Shown here piece after piece: positions 37,619 through 46,172 of a stretch of DNA of 64,000 nucleotides. Origin of the DNA: a virus. Lineage: Duplodnaviria; Caudoviricetes. Made by a program: the position numbers and the translations under genes. Below the pieces are notes generated by a model. The model saw nothing but the letters and a program-made list of their open reading frames with translations. It did no database searches and was not told where the DNA came from. The stretch is taken from the IMG/VR virus record IMGVR_UViG_3300032007_000014; one strand, 5' to 3'. The number at the start of each line of letters is the position of its first letter. Position 1 is the first letter of the stretch.

Positions 37619-40600
37619 TCATGAGACTTTCATATTCTTCTCACAAAGATCTTTGTACTTCTTCACATCGATCGTGTCATCCTCGGTGAGATACCGATGC
37701 ATACCAATCGATTGTTCTGAAGTGATTTTCACTGCATTGTCCAATCCATTTCCCTGACCACCAAGGAGTGTGCAGATAGGATGCAGTTTCATGAGTTCTG
37801 GAACTAACGCCTGCTCTTTGATGAAAAGCAGGTAGAGTTGGTCACCCATTGGGTTGTTTGCGATCGCTACTCGCTGTACCGTTTCCAGTACTGGACTATA
37901 TCATCAACTCATCGCTGAGTTGGAGCACTTCAACATCGCTTGATGCTTACGTTCACAATGAACTAGTCTCTGAACCTTCTTTAAGCGGCTACGTGAGTCA
38001 TCTTAAAGCTTGGCTGCTGATTACCATACGCAATGTTCCAGATATTGCGGTTAGGCTCCCAGCAATTCACTTTCTTTTCGACATGGGTCACCCCATGAAG
38101 CGACAGTGTTGCAACTATCGAAATCAGCATTTGGCCTTTATACCTGTTCCTTATAAACAGGAGTAGACTATACTTTCACCAACAATGTGAGGGTACCTTC
38201 ATCACACCATAGGTATTCCGTCTCTAGTCGTTGAACCTTAACAACTTGTTGTCAATCATGACACCGTTTGGCTACCGGTTCCACACTTGCAGTGGACACT
38301 TGTTGTTCTTGGCTGCTGATCACGCCATTGTTAATAGATGTGAGAACCTACTCGATTTGAATAAGCTTTTATTTCATCTCACGATCCATCCCGAGACATT
38401 GTTTCAGTCTCACGACACCACTAGGGTTTCTCGGGCTTTAGGGTTTTCCAGCAATTTACGGAAATTCACACACATCCTTCCGGATATATGGGCCCAAGAC
38501 CTTTCGGTCTAAGCAGAAATGCTGTATGGTGTTAATCCAATCGTGTCATCATTCGGATCTGTCTTCACATGAACTGCGAAGAAGAGCTGAACAGCGCCGT
38601 GGCGCAACGTCGGATTCCTTCCACACTTTTGTTACGTGAATTACGACGAACAATTCACTCAATGTTTCCATTGTCTTGATCATGTTTCCATCTCATTGAG
38701 ATGTCAGGTACTTCCATCACCATATCGTCTTGTGATGTACTCCTCGTTAGAGGATGATCGATGTCGCTGTATCCAGTTACCTGGTCTACTCGCTAGCACG
38801 TTTCCCGTTTCCGACGAACCACTTAGCACCACTTTCGTGGCTTTTATTTCAGCTTATGGCATCTTGTTCATTCTTTCAGTCTTTCGACAACATTCACGCT
38901 TATCATTACTGATTACGTTGTAGTTGAACAAGCTTTGGGGATTTCATGCATTTCACCTGATGCTGCAGCACAATGTCACCATTGTACCGTCCTGGTCGAT
39001 TAAAGATATTCGACTTCTCCTAAGAATTCCTTTGGAATGTGTCTCGCATTCTTTGGATACTTGATGGAATATTCCCTCGCAATTCTGTAATGACATCCGT
39101 CAAGGATATCTTTGATATTGTGAGGTTCACATCCAACAATCTTTGCAATGACAGAATGTTTTATATTCTTTTCAAGCAATTGGCATGCTTTATGAACCAT
39201 TTCATCCGTCATAGCACTATGTTTCAATCCAGTCTTCAAAGCGTGATCCATATTCTCCCAGTTCCACATCCACTCGAGATTAGATGGATGGTTATTCATC
39301 TTATTCCCGTCTATGTGGTTGACTGTATCTTTGTTTTCTGGATTAGGAACAAATGCCATTGCAATTACTCTGTGTGTCTTCGTATACCACACTGTTTTAT
39401 CGTCTCTCGTGATGACAACTTCCGGATAACCATCCGGTGATATATCTTGGTGGAGATTCTGCATCCACCAAGTTGCAAATATGTTACCATCTTCAACTGC
39501 GTAATAATTACTACAGCCAAGAAACGCTAAGTGTTTGTACTGAAGACGCACTTCAGTTCTCCAAGGAGCATTGAAACACCAACCCATTAATTTCTTCTTA
39601 GCAATTTGAACAGGTTTCTTCTCTTCAAACGTGCTAAGATACAAATACGGACCGTCTTTGTACGTAACACCTGTAAGAAGATTCTGTACCACACCATTTG
39701 AGTAAACTCTTATGTGCGGCATGCCGAGATCATCTAGGGTTGTCATTCTCAGTGGTTTGTAGTTGTCATCCATAACTTCCTCCATGACAGGAGTTTACGT
39801 CATAGATAACAACCTGTCTCATTCGTTTAATCAGTTAAGAAGCAACGGAATTCCTTTCCAGGGACTTTCCGCCATTAAGATCTTGATGCACTCATGGATT
39901 GTTTCATCATACGTCACCAGTGCCTTGTTGTAAAGGTACAGTGCCTCATCATTACTCAGCTTTTTGCGTCGTTTCATGAGGTTGATCAGTTCCAGTTTGT
40001 GGTTGGCTACGACCATCCTCCAAGGAAGATGTACTTCGTCAGCCATGTGGTCACCCACAATAGGAACAATGACAGCTCGTGCGCTGAAATGCATACGAGC
40101 AGCCAAGATACACTTACGTATGAATCCTGTCTTTCCGATCAATTTTCCTTTGGTCACGGCATTGACATACTCCAGATAACTCTGATAGGTCATCCACACA
40201 TGTTGTTCAAGATAGTTCTTGTTACTGGTGGGATTGTGGCGATAGTTGTATATCGCATTACCCAACTCAATGCAAGTCTTGAGGATGTGTGTGGATGCAT
40301 CATCGTTGTACGTCATGGTTCCACTCTTGGTCAGAATGTGCAAACTCTGATTCAAGATCGGAATGTGACGCATGAAGATGCAATGTCGATATGTCTTCAC
40401 GAACTCTTCGATGTATTCGTTCTTCTTGGCTTTTGCCCCTCTGTTCAAGGAGAGACAGAACCTGATGATATCATCGAAGTTCTTGTAGAAGTAGTCTGGA
40501 CCTTGTCCTAGTACTCCTGCATAAGGTTCTGGGAGTTCGCTGTCAACATCCAACAGAAGGTCGATGACCTTCTTCTTCCTGGATACGCAACCCATCCATT

Positions 40601-41045
40601 TTCCGAGAACTCGATAAGCTTCCGGATGAAGGAGAGGTGGCATAAACTCAGGAATTTCCAACCAAGCAAGATATCGGATCTCATTGGCAAATGCTGTCCT
40701 TACCTCTGTCTTACATTTCGGACAGATGGTGTGAAGTGCAAAGTTTCCTTTGAGATTACCACAATCGCAACTCGCTATGAAGTTGAGATTGTTGTCACTC
40801 TCTTGGAATAAGATACGCTTCATCAACTCTGTGGAAGAGTCGTTGATTGTACCTGTTTCATCACATCCACATGGGACCACTTGTGCATTGGGATCATTTC
40901 GGAATACCTCATCGAAATCGATGAGTTTCAGCTTGGTGATGGATTTGGTTGTCTTGGGTTGACAGAAGACTTTTCTTTGTTCCGCGAATATGGGATTCCA
41001 ATAATCCGCTTCGCGTTTCGACTTATAGACAAAGTCGTACCACAC
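37619..41045 (-). CDS. Non-virion RNA polymerase beta' N-terminal/catalytic subunit (phiKZ gp55-like), spliced from 4 exons: 41045-39838, 38623-38512, 38134-38117, 37846-37619 (predicted 521 aa)
   Basis: Exon 1 has the CDC...CPKC zinc site and GKTGFIRK...RMHFSARAVI. Exon 2 reads GRNPTLRHGAVQ...PYSISA, exon 3 PNADFD and exon 4 GDQLY. Joining restores LLLGRNPTL and NADFDGD in frame. Confidence 0.92.
37847..38116 (-). mobile_element. Group I intron 3 (270 nt, no ORF), inserted in NADFD^GD
   Basis: Exon ends in U and intron ends in G; P AAUUGCUGGGA, Q AAUCAGCAG, R GUUCAGAGACUA, S GAUAUAGUCC; P1 CGAU/GUCG with U-G pair; CACU can pair with exon-4 GGUG (P10). Confidence 0.92.
38135..38511 (-). mobile_element. 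Group I intron 2 (377 nt, no ORF)
   Basis: Exon ends GCU and intron ends G; P AAUUGCUGGAAA, Q AUCAGCAG, R GUUCAACGACUA, S AAGUAUAGUCU; P1 AGACC-GAAA-GGUCU closed by GCU/GGC; UUGG pairs with exon-3 CCAA. Confidence 0.92.
38624..39837 (-). mobile_element. Group I intron 1 (about 1214 nt) carrying an HNH homing endonuclease 5' of the ribozyme core
   Basis: P3 UCAGGU/ACCUGA, P7 GAUCA/UGAUC (AUCGAUCAUCC...AAACAUGAUC), terminal G at 38624. The exact splice points are inferred from frame and the U|...G| rule. Confidence 0.85.
39000..39773 (-). CDS. Intron-encoded HNH homing endonuclease
   Basis: THRVIAMAFVPNPENKDTVNHIDGNKMNNHPSNLEW (HNH_3); NUMOD4-like N-terminal segments; C-terminal HTH-like tail; GGAGG precedes ATG 39773 (alternative start 39785). 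Confidence 0.92.
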   Translation of the reverse strand: MDDNYKPLRMTTLDDLGMPHIRVYSNGVVQNLLTGVTYKDGPYLYLSTFEEKKPVQIAKKKLMGWCFNAPWRTEVRLQYKHLAFLGCSNYYAVEDGNIFATWWMQNLHQDISPDGYPEVVITRDDKTVWYTKTHRVIAMAFVPNPENKDTVNHIDGNKMNNHPSNLEWMWNWENMDHALKTGLKHSAMTDEMVHKACQLLEKNIKHSVIAKIVGCEPHNIKDILDGCHYRIAREYSIKYPKNARHIPKEFLGEVEYL

Positions 41046-41087
41046 GTTGAGCCTCCTGTGAAAAATTAAAGTCTTGTTGAAGAGATC

Positions 41088-41124
41088 GGATCACGGAGGA
41101 GGTATTTCTCCTCCTCCGTGATCC
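41088..41124 (-). terminator. Hairpin downstream of the chimallin gene
   Basis: GGATCACGGAGGAGG-N7-CCTCCTCCGTGATCC. Confidence 0.65.
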
Positions 41125-41152
41125 TCGGTTCAGTTATGCACTGGCTCGTTCA

Positions 41153-42742
41153 TCAGTAGATGAACGGATTCGTGGCATCCCAGCCACCGACATTGCCCTG
41201 GCCGACGCCGAAGCCCAGACTGCTGAGAGCATTGTAGTTGTACGCCGAGGCGAGGCCCGTGATGTCGTACACCTGGTTGCCGTTCAGGTAGTCGTAGGTC
41301 AGATGCAGCGTCTTGCCGATCGCCTGAGCGATGGCGGAGAAGACGTTCGGATCGATGACCGCTTTGAACGTCATGTACAGGGATTCGGTTCCCTGCGGAT
41401 AATGACGTTTCACGTTGGCCAGCGTCACGCGCGGATCCATCTGGATCTGCAGGAAACTGGTCAGTTCCGAAGTGCGCGGAATGTCGACCGCGAGACTCAG
41501 GAAGTCGATCGACCGAGAGTCGACAGTCTCCTGGTTGGACTTGGTCACGACGCCGTCGAAGGAGCGGTAGCACTGGATGAACGGACGAACGTTCGGGCCA
41601 CCGATCGGGGTCTTCGTGAACGTGGACATGGCCGCCAGGAATCCGGCGCCGCTGTTGGCGATGAGGTTGTTGATCGCACCGATCTTGGCGCGGCCTTCCT
41701 GAATGTCGATCGCGAGAAGCGGTTTCATCGAGGTCAGGTACTGAGTGAAGAACTCATTACGCTGCGCGATGTCCTTGGCGAACCAGGGCTGGCCGTTCTC
41801 GTCGGTGATCAGGCGGCCGACGTTCGGAGAGTTCTTGGCGAAGCTGGAGAACTGTGCCATCCAGCCCTGCTTTTCGATGAATCCTTCGATCGCCAGACTG
41901 ATGCCGGTCGCGAGGATCGCGGGCGACTTGAAGTCGGACACGATGTCGGTGATCACGGTCATCGGGAGATACTTGACACCACCGAGAACCGGCTGCAGGC
42001 CGTTCATGCTGACATTGGGAGCCAGGATGAAGGTCGTGTATCCGGTGACGGCGAGAATCGGAGTCTTCTCGACTTCGGGACGGCCATAGCCGAGCTGATT
42101 CGGTTTCTGGCGGGTCGTGTAGAGAATCAGACCGATGTCATCGCGAGCGGGGATGTCGTGCGGATTCCGCGCGGAGATGAACTGACGGACGGCGTTGATG
42201 TCGGCGGACGCGACGAAGTCGCCACCGAAAGCATCGACCGTGACATTCGCCAGATTGGGATCGACCTGCGCATTGATTTCGTTGCGGATGTGGGTCGCCA
42301 TCTGGTTGGCGCGGGAATACATGCCGGGACGGACGACGATGCACTGATCGATCGCGATGCTGGCGTTGATCAGTTTCATGCGCTGATCGATGTCCTTGCG
42401 CATGGCGGCGACGGGGAGATCACCGGTGTTCTGATAGGAGGAACTGAAGATGAGCGCGATGCCGATCCGATTGTACGAGATCACGCAGGCCTCATAGTTC
42501 GTTCCATTGATGCGTTCGAAGTGCGCATCGAAGCCGGCTTTGACCAGCAGTTCCTTCACGGTGTCGAGATACTTCTGGCCTTCGGCATCCAGGTTGGACG
42601 GAGTGGCCAGACTGCCCAGCAGATCGAAGATGTTCTTCGCGCTGCTCGGCTGCGCCGCGGTCTCGGTGTTGGTCGGGTTGGGGTTGCTTCCTGCTTCGCT
42701 GGCGTTGCCACGATGCATGGAAATGGTGGATTCGTTTGCCAT
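41153..42742 (-). CDS. chmA: Chimallin (phage nuclear shell protein, phiKZ gp54-like)
   Basis: Immediately upstream of the gp55-like RNAP subunit; very strong codon bias (abundant protein); SD AAGGAGG; P..VITDI, W...F, IDIQEG and DSRSIDFL motifs plus low-complexity termini fit the family as recalled. Confidence 0.75.
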   Translation of the reverse strand: MANESTISMHRGNASEAGSNPNPTNTETAAQPSSAKNIFDLLGSLATPSNLDAEGQKYLDTVKELLVKAGFDAHFERINGTNYEACVISYNRIGIALIFSSSYQNTGDLPVAAMRKDIDQRMKLINASIAIDQCIVVRPGMYSRANQMATHIRNEINAQVDPNLANVTVDAFGGDFVASADINAVRQFISARNPHDIPARDDIGLILYTTRQKPNQLGYGRPEVEKTPILAVTGYTTFILAPNVSMNGLQPVLGGVKYLPMTVITDIVSDFKSPAILATGISLAIEGFIEKQGWMAQFSSFAKNSPNVGRLITDENGQPWFAKDIAQRNEFFTQYLTSMKPLLAIDIQEGRAKIGAINNLIANSGAGFLAAMSTFTKTPIGGPNVRPFIQCYRSFDGVVTKSNQETVDSRSIDFLSLAVDIPRTSELTSFLQIQMDPRVTLANVKRHYPQGTESLYMTFKAVIDPNVFSAIAQAIGKTLHLTYDYLNGNQVYDITGLASAYNYNALSSLGFGVGQGNVGGWDATNPFIY

Positions 42743-42848
42743 GATTTGCCTCCTTAAGGTTGGGTTGTTGGCATTCTTTGTGTACACGACGTCTTTTGAA
42801 GTTAGTTCCTAACGACTGGCTAGGTCGTCAGGTTTTGGCTTCAGTTCC

Positions 42849-42856
42849 ATAATATA
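42849..42856 (-). promoter_or_regulatory. Early promoter variant TATATTAT upstream of chimallin
   Basis: One mismatch to TATATTAC, followed by a structured leader (hairpin at about 42808-42832). Confidence 0.5.
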
Positions 42857-42950
42857 TATCCGTTCACTTAATGAGAATTTTCCTGAGTTCGCATAGAGTG
42901 TATGGACTTTGTAATAAAATACCATGCTTTCTCAGAGAGGAAATCAAACC

Positions 42951-44111
42951 ATGCTTGATCGCATTTTGTCTGTACTTCCTCGTGGAAATCAGAAAAATCC
43001 TGTTGTGTATCAACGGATGATCGATACAATCAATTTCAGACTGGATATCCAGAAGAACAAGTTCTTACTCGGACATCCTGTTCAAACATCTGGAATTGAG
43101 TTGATTCGATTTCTGATGCTCAATATCGATCTTGAAGAGATTCTTTCGTACTCTTCTGATATCGATAGATTCACGAACATCATTGACTTTGTTGAATCTA
43201 CATTCAGAGGTGCGTTCGATCCAGTTTACAAAGGACGTATTGAGAGAGGATTGTTTACTGCTCGTGATGGAGGACAGAATATACCAGAGTTCATCATGAA
43301 CACTGAATATATCAACAAGTTCGATGAGTATCCATTTGACAAACCATATGTCGAATGGAAGAAACTTCGAGCTGTTCGCATAATCCATCACGATTCACTT
43401 GAATTGGTGTCTGATCTCCACAATTGGGCGATCAAATTCACCAAAGACATTCCGTCATATATGCTCTTCAGCATAGACATCAGAACACTTGTATTCAAGT
43501 GGGTGAAGTATGTTGAGTATTGCAGATACATCGATCAAGAACCCGATGATCGTGAGTTCTTGAAAACCAGTGAAATTATCCATTGGCATGATGATCTGTT
43601 CAACATCTGGCTGATTAACATCATCAATCAGTATCTCCAATTGAGATCTGATAATGAAGAGAACAATCAACCAGGATTCACCGCATACATTGATCCATTC
43701 ATCATTCGTGATGAACAGGTTCAATATGCTTTCGATGATCTTGGCAAGTTCATAGATCTTGCTAAAGATGGAGCAGTGCGTGTTCAGGATATTCTTGATA
43801 CACGTTGGATCAACAATCGTACTGTATCTGAAATGATCAAAGAACAACAAGAACAAGTTGCTCTTCCTGAAATCAGACAGTATCGTTGGTTGGACATCAT
43901 CCGTTGGATGCCTTATCTCAGAATGATTCTTCTTCTGAACAAGTTCTATCCGAAGGTTGGTCTTACCAAGATGATTGTTGAACGTGGACGAGACATCATG
44001 AACAGAGATCTGAAATTTCAGAATCTCTCCAACAATCTGTTGACCTCTGAAGCGAAGAAGAGATTAGCTATCTCTCTGCAAGAGATCAATGATCTTGTGA
44101 ATGAGTCGTAA
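42951..44111 (+). CDS. Conserved-position hypothetical protein divergent from chimallin
   Basis: 386 aa from ATG 42951 (SD GAGG), with TATG upstream. Confidence 0.7.
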   Translation: MLDRILSVLPRGNQKNPVVYQRMIDTINFRLDIQKNKFLLGHPVQTSGIELIRFLMLNIDLEEILSYSSDIDRFTNIIDFVESTFRGAFDPVYKGRIERGLFTARDGGQNIPEFIMNTEYINKFDEYPFDKPYVEWKKLRAVRIIHHDSLELVSDLHNWAIKFTKDIPSYMLFSIDIRTLVFKWVKYVEYCRYIDQEPDDREFLKTSEIIHWHDDLFNIWLINIINQYLQLRSDNEENNQPGFTAYIDPFIIRDEQVQYAFDDLGKFIDLAKDGAVRVQDILDTRWINNRTVSEMIKEQQEQVALPEIRQYRWLDIIRWMPYLRMILLLNKFYPKVGLTKMIVERGRDIMNRDLKFQNLSNNLLTSEAKKRLAISLQEINDLVNES

Positions 44112-44198
44112 CGTACTCTGTATGGATGTGCACCCATAGAGACTTGCGTCTCCGTGAGTACAATCTATATAATGAGTATCTCTTGTAAAATAATACAA

Positions 44199-44234
44199 CA
44201 AGTAGAGTCGGTCAGCAATGACCGACTCTACTTG
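44199..44234. terminator. Hairpin between convergent genes
   Basis: CAAGTAGAGTCGGTCA-GCAA-TGACCGACTCTACTTG. Confidence 0.7.
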
Positions 44235-44243
44235 CTTATTGTT

Positions 44244-45626
44244 TCAGATGATTTGATTCATGTGGTTCAGCAATACAGTTGCATTGCATCCGAATGATGG
44301 CATCAGTGGATTGTCAAGCTGTTGTATTTCATACGTCACAGCTTCGCATGTACAATTGAGACACGCATATCCGAACTTGTCATCATAATGATACTTCACT
44401 GTTGTTCCTGGAAGGAAGGTGAACGGTCTTGCATTCTTCCAATCAAAACAAAGTGATGTTCCTTGGAATCGGAACAACTCGCTCTGTAAGGAATATGGAT
44501 TCCCGTGATTCCTTCTGAATTGGATATTGATGGTGGATGTTGAAACGGGATCAGATGGTTTCACCACATAGTTGATGACATTGGCAACAACGGAGTAAAG
44601 TTCATCTGCTTTGTTGATCTTCATACCATCAATGAGAGTCTGATCCATCTGTGTATTGTATGCAGTTGGATCGTTCTCAGAACCAAGGTCAGACCAATTC
44701 TTCTCAACCACATCTGTATTGCACAGGATCTCATATTTACCTGCACCAGAACCAGAGTTGGAGAACCACTTGTACCACTTACTGTATTCTGACTGATGTG
44801 AGAACTTGTTAAGTCCTTCAAAGTTCTTCTGACCAACGTAATAGATATCAATGAGATTCAAATCAATTGGTCTTCCGAATCTTGGGAAGATGAATAGAAC
44901 ATCATCTGTGATGTAGTAACAGAATCCATGTGCGTAAACACCATACCCTGGTGCTTTCTGGTAATAGTTCATTACCTCACACATCCCCATGGAAGGTGGA
45001 ACATAGAAGTTCGTGTAGACTGCCGTATTGTCAGGAGGGCTGATCACAGCTTTCTTGATACCAAACACATTGGCTGTATATTCCAATATGTTCTTCATGG
45101 TAGCTGTTGTCGCCATGAAATTCACACGGCGTTTCCTCATCTGAAATACAACATCCGAAACCAACTCAATCTCCACTTTGAAGTAGGTTCTATCAGTATC
45201 CTTTTCAGAGCGTTCGGATGGTTCCAATCTGTCAGCAGGGAATTGCTTGAAGATATCTGGATTGGTCATGAGGATCGCTCTGAACTTCCTTGAGAAATAA
45301 GGTTTCTCAGGGATAAAGGATGCAACTGTTGGATCGAATGCAGTGAACTCAAGAAGGCATTGAAGATCTTTCCTTGAGTTATAAAGAACAATGTAGGTGT
45401 TCTTCGGTACTTCGCATGTCATCGTGATCTTATCAGCATAATTCAAGATGAACTGCTGTTCGATCTTGATATTCTTGATATTCTTACTCATGGTGACATT
45501 GAAGCTTGGCTGAGATGGTGATGAGAACACCGCCCATACATTGATAACTTCGGACGCATTACCAATGTTATCGACAAGTTCACTCACCTTGGTAGCCAAC
45601 TGTGGGCTTAAATGAGTCAACATCAT
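44244..45626 (-). CDS. Putative baseplate hub protein (phiKZ gp101-like)
   Basis: Q.F..NYAD.I.M, PPDN...Y....VP.......YYQ...YGVY..G...Y and W.NARP....PG patterns; last gene of a structural operon. Confidence 0.5.
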   Translation of the reverse strand: MMLTHLSPQLATKVSELVDNIGNASEVINVWAVFSSPSQPSFNVTMSKNIKNIKIEQQFILNYADKITMTCEVPKNTYIVLYNSRKDLQCLLEFTAFDPTVASFIPEKPYFSRKFRAILMTNPDIFKQFPADRLEPSERSEKDTDRTYFKVEIELVSDVVFQMRKRRVNFMATTATMKNILEYTANVFGIKKAVISPPDNTAVYTNFYVPPSMGMCEVMNYYQKAPGYGVYAHGFCYYITDDVLFIFPRFGRPIDLNLIDIYYVGQKNFEGLNKFSHQSEYSKWYKWFSNSGSGAGKYEILCNTDVVEKNWSDLGSENDPTAYNTQMDQTLIDGMKINKADELYSVVANVINYVVKPSDPVSTSTINIQFRRNHGNPYSLQSELFRFQGTSLCFDWKNARPFTFLPGTTVKYHYDDKFGYACLNCTCEAVTYEIQQLDNPLMPSFGCNATVLLNHMNQII

Positions 45627-46093
45627 TTCTTAGATCCTCCTCCATCGAGAAGTGATAGGATAATATCTGTGATGGATTTCGGTGCAGGAGGTCTCTTCAT
45701 TTGACGTCTTCTCTTTTCAACTCTGTCCTGCATGATCTTGTAGGTTTCTTTTGCATGTTTCATGAATGACATCTGTTCGACATCTCGTGATTGATTGATG
45801 TATTCTTCATATGTCTCGATGTACATACGAAGAAGTTCTGTAATCTCGAACACATCATCTCGATTGTACAATGAAAACTCTGTTCCGTTGGACATCATGT
45901 CGATGATATAAGAGATAGGAACCATGGAGATACATTTGTTGTTCTCATCCATAGGTCCTGGTGCATACACCGGAGGTGGTGCATCTTCTTTCAAAAAGAG
46001 AGGATGAATGACTGGTTGATATGTCTCGTTTACGATAACTTTGAAGTTACGTTTGTTGATCATATCAGCGATGTCTCTGTAGATGATAGGCAT
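45623..46093 (-). CDS. Hypothetical (probably virion-related) protein
   Basis: 156 aa, 4-nt overlap with the downstream gene, SD AAGGA. Confidence 0.6.
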   Translation of the reverse strand: MPIIYRDIADMINKRNFKVIVNETYQPVIHPLFLKEDAPPPVYAPGPMDENNKCISMVPISYIIDMMSNGTEFSLYNRDDVFEITELLRMYIETYEEYINQSRDVEQMSFMKHAKETYKIMQDRVEKRRRQMKRPPAPKSITDIILSLLDGGGSKK

Positions 46094-46128
46094 GATTTTA
46101 TCCTTTGTTTTAAGTCATAAGATAGAAG

Positions 46129-46162
46129 CAGACAGGTAGAGGAATATTCCTCTACCTGTCTG
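46129..46162. terminator. Perfect 34-bp palindrome
   Basis: CAGACAGGTAGAGGAAT|ATTCCTCTACCTGTCTG. Confidence 0.65.
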
Positions 46163-46172
46163 TGTAAAAGGT

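Noticed and set aside
37619-37849. 76-aa stand-alone ORF MGDQLY...
   Set aside because: Its ATG is the last three nucleotides of intron 3; the sequence is exon 4 of the RNAP subunit.
37849-38923. Plus-strand ORFs 37849..38166, 38231..38512 and 38636..38923
   Set aside because: They are antisense to group I intron cores and show no protein features.
41303-42757. 484-aa plus-strand ORF antisense to chimallin (similarly 19093..20499, 25126..26016, 62940..63920)
   Set aside because: These are shadow ORFs produced by strong codon bias on the coding strand; they have no SD, no motifs and atypical composition.
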